Positions 19,901-28,204 of a stretch of 64,000 nucleotides of DNA are shown here, in pieces (positions within the stretch are counted from its first letter, which is position 1; each line of letters opens with the position of its first letter). The DNA comes from an uncultured delta proteobacterium (GTDB lineage: Bacteria > Myxococcota_A > Polyangia > Polyangiales > B10-G4): assembly GCA_963727445.1 (NCBI GenBank), contig CAVSGI010000015.1, forward strand, positions 96,001-160,000, in the 5' to 3' direction. The notes under the pieces were generated by a model that worked only from the letters and a program-made list of their open reading frames with translations, did not search any database and was not told the DNA's origin. Made by a program: the position numbers and the translations under genes.

Positions 19901-21204
19901 ACGGGCTCCTCGAGATCCTCGGAGAGACCGGCCAGGGCATCCACCACGTCGAGCCCGAGGGTCATGGCGGCCAGCGGGTCGTGCACCGAGGCGCGCCTCA
20001 GGCCGAGGATGAATCGAAAGCGATCCCGCCCCGCGCCATCGGGCCAGGACAGGACGGCGTCGGTCTTGTACGCGATGTCCCCGAGGACCCGCGCCGCCTC
20101 CTCGCCCATGCCCTCTTCGTCCGGGGCGCCTGCGCGGCGCACCCGACCGGCCACCGCCACCACGTGACGCCGCTCGCGCAGCTCGCGCTCGGCGTTGGCC
20201 ACCGCGCTGGCGATGGTGGGCGCCGTGAGGTCCGGGCGCTCGGACCTCCCCACCGCGTCGGGGCTGGTGTTCTCCCGCGGCACCATGTCGGCGATGAAGG
20301 TCTCGAGGGTGTGGCCGTCCACGACCTGGTCCTGGCCGTGAAGCCAGTGGCCGAGCTCCGAGGCCAGCTCGCGCGCCGTCTGCTGGCGATCCCCCCGGTC
20401 CTCGGAAAGCGCCTTTTCGACGATGGTGGACAGGCCCTTGGGGATGGTGGGATCGACCGCGGTCGGCAGGGTCACCTTCGCGGAGCGCACCTGCTCGAGG
20501 ACGTCCAGGCCATGCTGTCCGGGATACATCGGCCGGTTCATCAAGAGCTCGGCCAGAAGGACGCCCAGCGAGTAGACGTCGCTCCGCCGGTCCACCCGCT
20601 CGCCCCGGGCCTGCTCGGGCGACATGTAGCTGAACTTGCCTTTGATGACGCCTGTCTCCTCCGAGACCATCCGCGCCTTGGCGATGCCGAAGTCCGCCGC
20701 TTTGACCACGCCTTCGTAGCTGAGCAGGACGTTCTGGGGGCTCACGTCGCGATGGACGATCTCCATCGGCTCGCCCCGCTCGTCCCGCCGCTTGTGGGCG
20801 TAGTCGAGGCCCTTGGCGACCTCCATCGTGACGTAGGCGGCGATGGTGTGGGGCAGGCGACTGCCCTTGCGGCGCGCCGCCGCCACCAGGCGTCCGAGGT
20901 CGAGACCGTCCACGAACTCCATCGCCAGCAGGAACTCGTCCTTCACCTGTTCGAAGGCATAGACCTGGACGATGTTCGGGTGGTTGAGGCGGGTCGCGAT
21001 CTTCGCCTCCTCGAGGAACATCGCGATGAACTTCTCGCTCCGGGCGAAGGTCGGCAGCACCCGCTTGACGACGAGTATCTTCTCGATCCCCTCGGCCCCG
21101 GTGCTCTTCGCCAGGAAGACCTCGGCCATCCCGCCGGCCCCGAGGCGCCGCAGGATCTGATACCGCCCCAGGGTCTTCGGGGTGGGCTCGTCGGAGGCCG
21201 GCAC
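16987..21204 (-). CDS. Ser/Thr kinase fused to a cyclase-like domain, an AAA/STAND-type ATPase and TPR repeats
   Basis: GAGGMA, HRDVSPQN, DFG, KGKFSYMSPEQ; LVGREEEL; Walker A GDLGVGKT; VDALQWAD; GGNPFFIIEL; C-terminal TPRs. Confidence 0.92.
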   Translation of the reverse strand: MPASDEPTPKTLGRYQILRRLGAGGMAEVFLAKSTGAEGIEKILVVKRVLPTFARSEKFIAMFLEEAKIATRLNHPNIVQVYAFEQVKDEFLLAMEFVDGLDLGRLVAAARRKGSRLPHTIAAYVTMEVAKGLDYAHKRRDERGEPMEIVHRDVSPQNVLLSYEGVVKAADFGIAKARMVSEETGVIKGKFSYMSPEQARGERVDRRSDVYSLGVLLAELLMNRPMYPGQHGLDVLEQVRSAKVTLPTAVDPTIPKGLSTIVEKALSEDRGDRQQTARELASELGHWLHGQDQVVDGHTLETFIADMVPRENTSPDAVGRSERPDLTAPTIASAVANAERELRERRHVVAVAGRVRRAGAPDEEGMGEEAARVLGDIAYKTDAVLSWPDGAGRDRFRFILGLRRASVHDPLAAMTLGLDVVDALAGLSEDLEEPVSASLGISRGIVSTVRDPNGRLVRYEAIGSVLTVAERLADEGEAGEVLVAGEVFRLVRRAFSFEKAGEVEVDTQGTGTGSFLRAHRLLGARSREERVADARSIGAGAGLVGREEELGAFREAYREGTSERRSVFLAITGDLGVGKTALVSAAVDSLEPRPRVLHAECAFGTSDVPFATTAELVREAMGIEEETPPEQVRQEITAWAEQLPDEEKRQRLVKGLCDLLVPELGGGVDAAERPGHIRKAARILIGVLAARQPLVIWVDALQWADAPSLELFGALSSSNDEVPLLAVFSSRTDPRTKGVLSGLPHIEVGELPDAERRRLIKGRFDGAQVPGEVSQAIVERAGGNPFFIIELVEALVDRGVVHIEGEGSERRVVRKPGVPISLPTTLEGVIAARLDELPENERRAIRWLAAAGAGIGSDALSEMAGADLSEALSVLESRGFVSRGQGNTYNFPSAVVRHVAYETTDESDREAMHAQIGTWLSKQRVPAPPARVARHLERAGDLAAAADAYLQAAARARAVYSNREALRFFARALSLLPPDAPGRFYAHEAREQILRGMGSPREQQLELEEMRECAKRGDDPAMMAMAMNRSARFELDHARTLGVAEYLEEALRSSRTADDKGGEVEALRLSALLARENGDAQKALEHCDEALARCGLDRAFLAARGSVLVQKAEVLRRMGRVHQAIETNAEAIVIFRRLAIRRNESLALNGLGIALASQGEFEDAAVVIRASIGVDREIGDRMHLGRKLSNVGQLNAELGEVEIALAFLERADQVLSVIHDDSARADALAATAELVLEVLGDADQAAEKLDHARRIAERTGDRYDQARERIVRAALEVATDRLEQAEEAAREAVEISRSANILLYQLLAQARLAEILAIRGKDEEAKAAVEVARKSALARGPIERGERVHLAIARTFEALSIESDARSAYADAYKVVELRLSQIRSPRIRERYLQTPVVKAIRDAL

Positions 21205-21258
21205 GACGCGAGTCTAACCCCAGAGCCCGCCCATGAGGATTGCTGTATTCTCGCGGCG

Positions 21259-22344
21259 ATGATCCCCCTCGCCCGTCCGACCCTCGGCGCCGAAGAAGCC
21301 GCCGCCGTCGCCGAGGTGCTGGCCAGCGGGATGCTCGTCCAAGGCGCGCGGGTCCAGGCCTTCGAGGCGGCCTTCGCCGAGCGCGCGGGCCGGGCCCACG
21401 GAGTGGCCGTCGCCAGCGGCACCACGGCCCTCGAGCTCGCCCTCGAGGCCCTCGCCGTCGGGCCCGGCGACGAGGTGCTGGTCCCCGACCTCACCTGGCC
21501 CAGCCCCGCCCACGCCGTCCGGCGACGGGGCGCCACACCGGTCCTGGTCGACGTCGACGCCGCCGAGTGGAACAGCGCTCCCGAAGCCCTCGCGGCCGCC
21601 CGCAGCGAAAAGACCCGGGCGGCGATCGTCATCGACCAATTCGGCGCCCCGGCGCGCCACGCCGCCATCGCCGCCGCCCTCGGCGACCTCCCCATCATCG
21701 AGGACGCGGCCTGCGCCATCAGCGCCACCGTCGACGGAAAGCCCGCCGGGGCCTTCGGCGCCATGGCCTGCTTCAGCCTCCATCCGCGCAAGGTGATCAC
21801 CACCGGCGAAGGCGGCCTGGTGGTCACGGACGATCCCCGCCTCGCCGAGCGCCTGCGCGTCCTTCGCAACCACGGCCAGCGCGCCCCAGGCGCCTTCGCC
21901 GAAGCCGCCGGCAACCACCGCATGACCGAGATCGCCGCGGCCATCGGCCTCTGCCAGCTGGACCGCCTCGACGCGATCGTGCGCCGGCGCCGCGCCCTCG
22001 GCGCGCGCTACCGCGAGGCCTTCGCCGATCTGCCCCTCAGGCCCCAGGCCTGGGCCGAGGGCGCCACCGGCAACGAGCAGACCTTCGGCGTCGTCCTCGC
22101 CGGAGAGGCGCCGCCACGCGACGAGGTCATCGCCGCCCTCTCGAAGGCGGGCGTCGCGGCCGGGATCCTCAGCTACGCCCTTCACCGCATCGAGACCATC
22201 GCGCCCCTCGCGCCCGACGCGGCTTTCCCGAACGCCAGCGCCATCGTCGATCGCGGCCTCGCCCTGCCCCTGCACGCCGAGCTCGACGACGCGGACCAGG
22301 CACTGGTCGTCGAGGCCATCCGCAGTATCCTCTCGCCACGATGA
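21259..22344 (+). CDS. DegT/DnrJ/EryC1/StrS PLP-dependent aminotransferase
   Basis: MIPLARP start, SGTTALEL, IIEDAAC, FSLHPRKVITTGEGG, LALPLH. Confidence 0.93.
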   Translation: MIPLARPTLGAEEAAAVAEVLASGMLVQGARVQAFEAAFAERAGRAHGVAVASGTTALELALEALAVGPGDEVLVPDLTWPSPAHAVRRRGATPVLVDVDAAEWNSAPEALAAARSEKTRAAIVIDQFGAPARHAAIAAALGDLPIIEDAACAISATVDGKPAGAFGAMACFSLHPRKVITTGEGGLVVTDDPRLAERLRVLRNHGQRAPGAFAEAAGNHRMTEIAAAIGLCQLDRLDAIVRRRRALGARYREAFADLPLRPQAWAEGATGNEQTFGVVLAGEAPPRDEVIAALSKAGVAAGILSYALHRIETIAPLAPDAAFPNASAIVDRGLALPLHAELDDADQALVVEAIRSILSPR

Positions 22345-23288
22345 GCGACGCCGAGCCGGTGCTGGCGGTGAAGGACCTCGCCAAGACCTTCCGCATCGGG
22401 TTCTTCCGCAAGCGGGTGGACGCGGTCCGCGGCATCGACTTCGAGGTGCGGGCCGGGGAGATCTTCGGCCTCCTCGGCCCCAACGGCGCCGGCAAGACGA
22501 CCACCATCAAGATGGTGCTCCGGCTGATCTTCCCGACCGCCGGCACCATCCGCCTCTTCGGCAGCGAGACCCACGACCACCGGAGCATGGGGCGCGTCGG
22601 TTACATGCCCGAGAACCCTTACGTCTATCAGTACCTCAAGCCCGGTGAGTTCCTCGACCTCTGCGGGCGCCTGCACGGGATGCCGCGGGAGCGTCGCACC
22701 GCGCGCATCGAGGAGATGCTCGACAAGGTCAGCCTCACCCACGCCGCCGACCGGCCCATCGGACGCTTCTCGAAGGGGATGATGCAGCGGGTGGGGCTGG
22801 CCCAGGCGCTGCTCCACGATCCCGAGCTCCTGATCCTCGACGAGCCGCTCTCGGGTCTCGACCCGGTCGGCCGCAAGGAGATCCGCGACATCCTGGTGGA
22901 GCAGCGACGCGCCGGAAAGACGCTGCTCTTCACCAGCCACATCCTCAGCGACGTGGAGATGCTCTGCGACCGCGTCACCATCCTGCAGAAGGGCAAGGTC
23001 ACGGCGGCCGGCACCCTCGACCAGCTCCTGGCGAAGGACGTGCGGCGTGTGGAGGTGGAGCTGAGCGCGGTGAGCGACGCGCTGCGCGAGGAGCTCACCG
23101 CCCTCGCCTCCGATCACCGCTACATCGAGGGGCGCCTGTCGCTGATCATCGAAGGTGACGACCGTGTGCCGGAGATCCTGGATCGGGCGCGCGAAGGCGG
23201 CGCGCGCATCGAAGCGGTGATCCCCCAGCGCGAGACCCTCGAGGGCCTCTTCCTGCGCGAGGCCGTGCCCGCCCAGCCTTCAGCGTGA
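22341..23288 (+). CDS. ABC transporter ATP-binding protein (PilH-like)
   Basis: GPNGAGKTT, FSKGMMQR, LILDEP, FTSH; ATGA coupling to the DegT gene. Confidence 0.93.
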   Translation: MSDAEPVLAVKDLAKTFRIGFFRKRVDAVRGIDFEVRAGEIFGLLGPNGAGKTTTIKMVLRLIFPTAGTIRLFGSETHDHRSMGRVGYMPENPYVYQYLKPGEFLDLCGRLHGMPRERRTARIEEMLDKVSLTHAADRPIGRFSKGMMQRVGLAQALLHDPELLILDEPLSGLDPVGRKEIRDILVEQRRAGKTLLFTSHILSDVEMLCDRVTILQKGKVTAAGTLDQLLAKDVRRVEVELSAVSDALREELTALASDHRYIEGRLSLIIEGDDRVPEILDRAREGGARIEAVIPQRETLEGLFLREAVPAQPSA

Positions 23289-24341
23289 GGTGACGAGGGT
23301 TCCGCTCGTCTGCTCGCCGAAGAGTATCGTGGGGTGGATCCCGGGCGCCATCAGGGTCGGCGTCACCTCGGAGCTCGGGAACATCTGGGGGAAGCTCGGG
23401 TTGGACGGCACCGGGTCGACGATGCTCTTTTCGACGATCATCGAGCAGTACTGGTCGCCGCCGAGCTCGGGGGTGTTGGCGTTGAGCACGACCTCCACCT
23501 CGTAGAGCTTCGCGTAGCGGGCGAGCCCCGGGATGCGCGAATCGAGGGGCGCCCAGTTGTCACAGCTGGTGCCGTTCTCCGAGCAGCCGAAGACGCCGCC
23601 GTCGCCGTGGACGAAGATCGTCTGGTTGCCGAGGGTGTGACCAGGGGTGCGGAGCACGGCACAGCCCTGACCGAGCATCAGGTCCTCCTCGGTGAACAGG
23701 ACGCGACTCTCGTCGACGTCGTTGCCGCCCTCGACGAACCAGGCGCGCTGGAAGGGGTGGCTTCCCCAGTCACGCCACTCGGCCCGCGGGGCGAGGAGGA
23801 GCGCGTTCGGGAAGCGCGGCAGGATCGCGCGCAGATCCTGGGTGTGAAAATGGTCGAAGGCGATCAGGTCGACGTCTTCGGGGCGCAAGCCCAGCTCCCG
23901 GAGCTGGGCGTCCACCGGCGGGTTCTTCTTCTGCAGGAGCGCCACGGTGCGCTCGCCGACCGTCGCGATGAGCTTGCGAAAGAAGGGCGTCGCCTTCGAG
24001 GCCTCGGCGTCGGTGGGATTCCACAAGACGTTCTTCACGCCGTCCCCGGTCTCGACCTGCACCAAGAGGCAGCGATGGCGCATCTCGACGAAGGGGAAGG
24101 GGAGAGGCACCGACGAGTTGAACGCGTGTCGGGTGGGGTAGAGGAAGCTCGAGACCGGCAGTGTGCGAACGCAGCGGACGCGCTCGCCCGCGCGAAGAGT
24201 GTCGCCGAAGGCGCGACCGGCCGCGCGCAGCGCCTCGACCCGATCGCCGGCGTGCGCCGTCTGCCGAGCCGCGTCGAGCTCGAAGAGCCGGCGAACCCAG
24301 GGGACGCGGGGGTCGATGGGCTCGCCGGCGTCCTCGCTCAT
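23280..24341 (-). CDS. Metallo-beta-lactamase-fold protein
   Basis: IAFDHFHTQDLR (variant HxHxDH) and RTPGHTLGN. Confidence 0.8.
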   Translation of the reverse strand: MSEDAGEPIDPRVPWVRRLFELDAARQTAHAGDRVEALRAAGRAFGDTLRAGERVRCVRTLPVSSFLYPTRHAFNSSVPLPFPFVEMRHRCLLVQVETGDGVKNVLWNPTDAEASKATPFFRKLIATVGERTVALLQKKNPPVDAQLRELGLRPEDVDLIAFDHFHTQDLRAILPRFPNALLLAPRAEWRDWGSHPFQRAWFVEGGNDVDESRVLFTEEDLMLGQGCAVLRTPGHTLGNQTIFVHGDGGVFGCSENGTSCDNWAPLDSRIPGLARYAKLYEVEVVLNANTPELGGDQYCSMIVEKSIVDPVPSNPSFPQMFPSSEVTPTLMAPGIHPTILFGEQTSGTLVTSR

Positions 24342-24733
24342 CCCTGGTCCTCGAGGATGTCTCTGTACCCGCGGCCGTCAGCGCTCTTCGACACGGGGTG
24401 GCCCTTCGGGCCCCAGGCATCGAAGCCGCCGTGCTGGTCCGCGAGCGCCTCGTAGCCCACCTGCGCGAGGGCGCCCGCGGCGCGGGCCGAGCGGCCCCCG
24501 GACTTGCAACCGAGGATCAGCTTCTCCGTCTTGCCGAACTTGTGGGCGACCTCCTCCAGGAAGCGGAGGTTTGGCTTCATCCCGGCGGGGGTCGCTTTCA
24601 TGAACGGGATGTTGAAGGCGCCTTCGGGGTGACCAGCATCGAACTCGGGAACCGAGCGGACGTCGAGGTAGACGTATCCCTCGTCCTGGACCATCCTCAG
24701 CGCCTCCTCGGGCGTCACGCGCTTGATCGTCAC
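24338..24733 (-). CDS. Rhodanese-like protein
   Basis: YLDVRSVPEFDAGHPEGAFNIP, active-site loop GCKSGGRS, GGFDAW. Confidence 0.92.
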   Translation of the reverse strand: MTIKRVTPEEALRMVQDEGYVYLDVRSVPEFDAGHPEGAFNIPFMKATPAGMKPNLRFLEEVAHKFGKTEKLILGCKSGGRSARAAGALAQVGYEALADQHGGFDAWGPKGHPVSKSADGRGYRDILEDQG

Positions 24734-24781
24734 GATGCCTCCTGCGGAGGCGAATCCTGAGGCGGAAGGCCGTCACTTTCA

Positions 24782-25621
24782 ATGGGCGATATGGGCGAAC
24801 GAGCGGACAATCGGCTTCTGTCTCTGAGCGAGTGGATGGGCGCGATCATGCGCTACCGCTCGAACCATCCGAGCACCCTGAGGACCCTCGACACCCTCGA
24901 GCGACTCCTCGACCGACCCTACCGCACGCACGTATTGATCCGCGGCGAGGCGGGTACGGGCAAGGAAGGTCTCGCGCGCGCGCTCCACGCCGCCATGCAT
25001 CCCCAACACGATGCGCCCTTCGTGAAGATCCCCACCGGCGGTCGCGACCCGCAGCTCCTCGCGTTTCACCTCTTCGGCACGGCCGAGCATCCGGGCGCGA
25101 TCGAGCGCGCCGCCGGCGGAACCATCTTCCTCGACGAGGTGGCGACGATGCCACGTGAGGTGCAGGCGCGCATCTCGCCCGCGCTCCGCGGGCGCTTTCG
25201 CCGCAACGACGACGAGGTGCCGCGCGAGGCCGACGTGGTGGTGATCGCCGCCACCGACCACGACCTGAACGAGCGCGTGCGCGAGGGAGAATTCCGCCAC
25301 GACCTCTTCTTCCGCCTGGCGCGGATCGACTTGACGATCCCGCCGCTTCGCGAGCGGCCCGAAGACGTCCGCCACGCGGTGGTTTGGATCGCCAACCGCC
25401 TCCTCGATCGCCACGAGAACGGCCGGACCCTCGCCCTCGCGGCCGACGCAGAGGACGACGACATCGTCCTCACCGACGACGCCCTCGCCGAGCTCGAGAG
25501 CGAAAAGCTTCGCGGCAATTTCCGCGAGCTCGATCAGATCATGGAACGCGCGCTGATGCTCTACCGCGAAGACGACGAGGTCACGGCGCAATCGGTGAAG
25601 CGCGCGCTCGGGAAGCGGTGA
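24782..25621 (+). CDS. Stand-alone sigma54-interaction-type AAA+ domain protein (no GAFTGA, no HTH)
   Basis: [47 protein letters not shown]. Confidence 0.85.
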   Translation: MGDMGERADNRLLSLSEWMGAIMRYRSNHPSTLRTLDTLERLLDRPYRTHVLIRGEAGTGKEGLARALHAAMHPQHDAPFVKIPTGGRDPQLLAFHLFGTAEHPGAIERAAGGTIFLDEVATMPREVQARISPALRGRFRRNDDEVPREADVVVIAATDHDLNERVREGEFRHDLFFRLARIDLTIPPLRERPEDVRHAVVWIANRLLDRHENGRTLALAADAEDDDIVLTDDALAELESEKLRGNFRELDQIMERALMLYREDDEVTAQSVKRALGKR

Positions 25622-25623
25622 GG

Positions 25624-26956
25624 ATGGGGCGCTCGGCTCCCTCGCTCACGGCGCTCGTGGCCGCCCTCGCGCTCTTCGGCTGCGACGACGACGCGCCGGC
25701 CGAGCCGAGCGAGCCCGAGACGATCGAGCCCACCCCCGCTCCCGAGCCCGAAGAAGCCGACCCGCTCGCCAATCTCGAGGGAGCCCCCGATCCGTCGGAG
25801 ATCGCGGGCACCTCCGGCAGCGGCACCATCGCCTCCGCCGAGACCCTCGAGGCCGCGGTCCCCGACGGGCAGTGCATCGCGCTCACCGAGGCGCCGGCGC
25901 GCGTCTGGCCCACGCCCGGGGTGCCAGCGATCGCCGCGGACGACACCCGCTTCTATCTCGCGCTCTACGCCCGAAGCGAGGCGGGCGAGGATGGGCTCCA
26001 CCTCGTCGCGGCCGCGCCCGAGGGCCCGCCGCGCCCCGTTCGGAGTCTGCGCGTCGATCCGCCTCTCGCCGGGGGCGCGGCGCGGGTGGCGCCTCCGGGC
26101 ATCGCCCTCGACGAGGGGAAGGTGGTGGTGGCCTTCGTCGACGGGCAGAACCACATCCGCCTCGGCGCCGCGGACCCACGCGAGCCCTCGGCACAGCTGC
26201 GAACCATCGAGGCCGGCTCCGGGGCGGACCTCCGCTTCGCGCCGGCGCTGGGCGTGGTGGGACAGGTGCGGGTGGTGGCGTGGACGGACGGCACCGGCAC
26301 GCCCATGCGGGTGCGTCTGGCCCGCGCCGATCGGACCGGGACGCTTCTCGACACGCACGACCTCACGATGACCGGCATGGGTGCGGCCGCGCCCGTCTTC
26401 GGCGCAGGCGGGGACACGAAGACGATCTACTTCGTCGACCCGCGCGCGGGGGTCTCGCCCATCGTGAAGGCCGAGCTGAACCCGGACGGCACGCCGCGGC
26501 CGAGCGCGGTGGCGCGGCCGGTGGGCACCGTGAGCGTGCCGCCCGAGGTCGCCGTGGCGGAGGACGGGTCGGGGCACGCGTACGCGGGCTACACGGCGAT
26601 CGGCAACCTGGCGACCACCGCGGTGGGGCTGATGCCGCTCTTCGGCGACGTCTCCGGACCGTCGGCGCTGGTGCCGGGCACGGGCTACGGGCTCTTGAAC
26701 GTCGCGGCGGTGGCTGGCCGGGGCGCCGTCGTCTTCGCGGCCGATGCTCCCAAGGGCGAAGCGCGCGACGCGCCCCGTGAGATCCACGTGCGCCTGGTGA
26801 AGGACGGGGCGGCGGGCGAGACGCTGACGGTCGCGGCGCCCGACGGAAACCGGCCACGACATCGCCCTCGCGCGGCGTCCGGACGGGATCATCGGCGCCG
26901 CGTTCTCCGCCGGCGACGGCGTGTACGTGGCCTGGCTTCGCTGCGACGACGCCTGA
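25624..26956 (+). CDS. Hypothetical lipoprotein (beta-rich); apparent +1 frameshift near 26847
   Basis: Lipobox ALFGC; removing one A in GGAAAC gives GHDIALARRPDGIIGAAFSAGDGVYVAWLRCDDA-stop at 26956. Confidence 0.75.
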
Positions 26957-27036
26957 CGGACACGGAAGTAGCGGTGGCCAGATGATGCGCCGCCAGTCCG
27001 ACCAGCGATCATCAATGATTCCGTTCGAAACGCGCC

Positions 27037-27052
27037 GGGCACGGCGAATGCT
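27037..27052 (+). promoter_or_regulatory. Possible sigma54 promoter
   Basis: GGGCACG-GCGA-ATGCT, about 15 nt before ATG 27068. Confidence 0.45.
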
Positions 27053-27067
27053 AGGCGTCGCGGCACG

Positions 27068-28204
27068 ATGTCTCTCCTTCGCTTCATCGGCGCCGCCGCG
27101 GCGGCCGCTGTCCTGGCTTCGTGCGCCCTGGCGCCCGATTACGATCACGATCCCGCGGCCGTGTCGGCGGCCTACGAACGCGCCTACGAGGAGCAGATGG
27201 ACGAGGGCAAATCCGACGGCCCCGGCTGCTCGGGCGTGCGCGTGCCCGACCGCGGTCCCTTCGATCATCGCATTGCGTTGACCTTCGACGACGGACCCAA
27301 CGCCGCCACGACGCCGAGGGTCCTCGCCCTGCTTCGCGAGCATTCGATCCCGGCGACCTTCTTCATGAACGGCGTCCGCGTGACGAACGACGAGACGCGC
27401 GCGCTCGTCCGCGAGATCGTCGAGGACCCGCTCTTCGAGCTCGGCAACCACAGCTGGGATCACCCCGACCTGGCCACGCTTCCGCCGGAGAGGGTCGCGT
27501 CGGAGATGGACCGCAACACCGCCGTCATCGAGGAAGCCGGCGGGACCCCGCGCTACTTCCGCTTCCCCTTCGGCAGCTCCACCTGCGAGACGGCCGCCGC
27601 GGCGCGAGAGCGGGGCTACGACATCACCGGATGGCACGTGGACAGCGCCGACTGGTGCTACGCCGCTGGCCACGGGGTGTGTAAGAAGCGGACCTTCCGC
27701 TACGTGCCCGACGAGTATCGCAGCGACCTCCAGGGGTACGTCATGTCGCAGGTGCACCACACGGGCGGCGGCATCGTCCTGTTCCACGACATCCACGCGT
27801 CGACCGTGGACGCCCTTCCCTCGATCATCGGGGCGCTCACCGACGCCGGCTACACCTTCACCAGCCTGGACGACATCGAGACCTTCCCGCGCTTGAACGG
27901 GATCGAGCCGCCCTTCGTGGGCGATGCCTGCAGCTCCGACGACGACTGCCGCTTCTCGGGAGGCTTCTGCCACGCCGCGGGTTTCTGCACGGAAGCGTGC
28001 GCCGGCTACTGCCCCGACGCCGGGGACGTGAGCACCTTCTGCATCCGCGACGGCGAGACCGACGGCGGCATCTGCGTGCCCAAGGCCTCGAGCGACGCCG
28101 CGTGCACGAACGTCCCGAACACCAGCGCCAAGACGACGGATCGATTCGTCGGTTCGAGCGGCGCCGCCGCGAAGACCGCTCAGGTCTGCGCGCCTCAGGG
28201 CTGA
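27068..28204 (+). CDS. Polysaccharide deacetylase (CE4) lipoprotein with Cys-rich C-terminus
   Basis: LTFDDGP, ATFF, GNHSWDH, FRFPFG, IVLFHD; lipobox VLASC. Confidence 0.93.
   Translation: MSLLRFIGAAAAAAVLASCALAPDYDHDPAAVSAAYERAYEEQMDEGKSDGPGCSGVRVPDRGPFDHRIALTFDDGPNAATTPRVLALLREHSIPATFFMNGVRVTNDETRALVREIVEDPLFELGNHSWDHPDLATLPPERVASEMDRNTAVIEEAGGTPRYFRFPFGSSTCETAAAARERGYDITGWHVDSADWCYAAGHGVCKKRTFRYVPDEYRSDLQGYVMSQVHHTGGGIVLFHDIHASTVDALPSIIGALTDAGYTFTSLDDIETFPRLNGIEPPFVGDACSSDDDCRFSGGFCHAAGFCTEACAGYCPDAGDVSTFCIRDGETDGGICVPKASSDAACTNVPNTSAKTTDRFVGSSGAAAKTAQVCAPQG

Noticed and set aside
18970..21258. N-terminal 763 codons of the 1124-aa plus-strand ORF
   Set aside because: Antisense shadow of the minus-strand kinase; only the part from ATG 21259 has DegT motifs.
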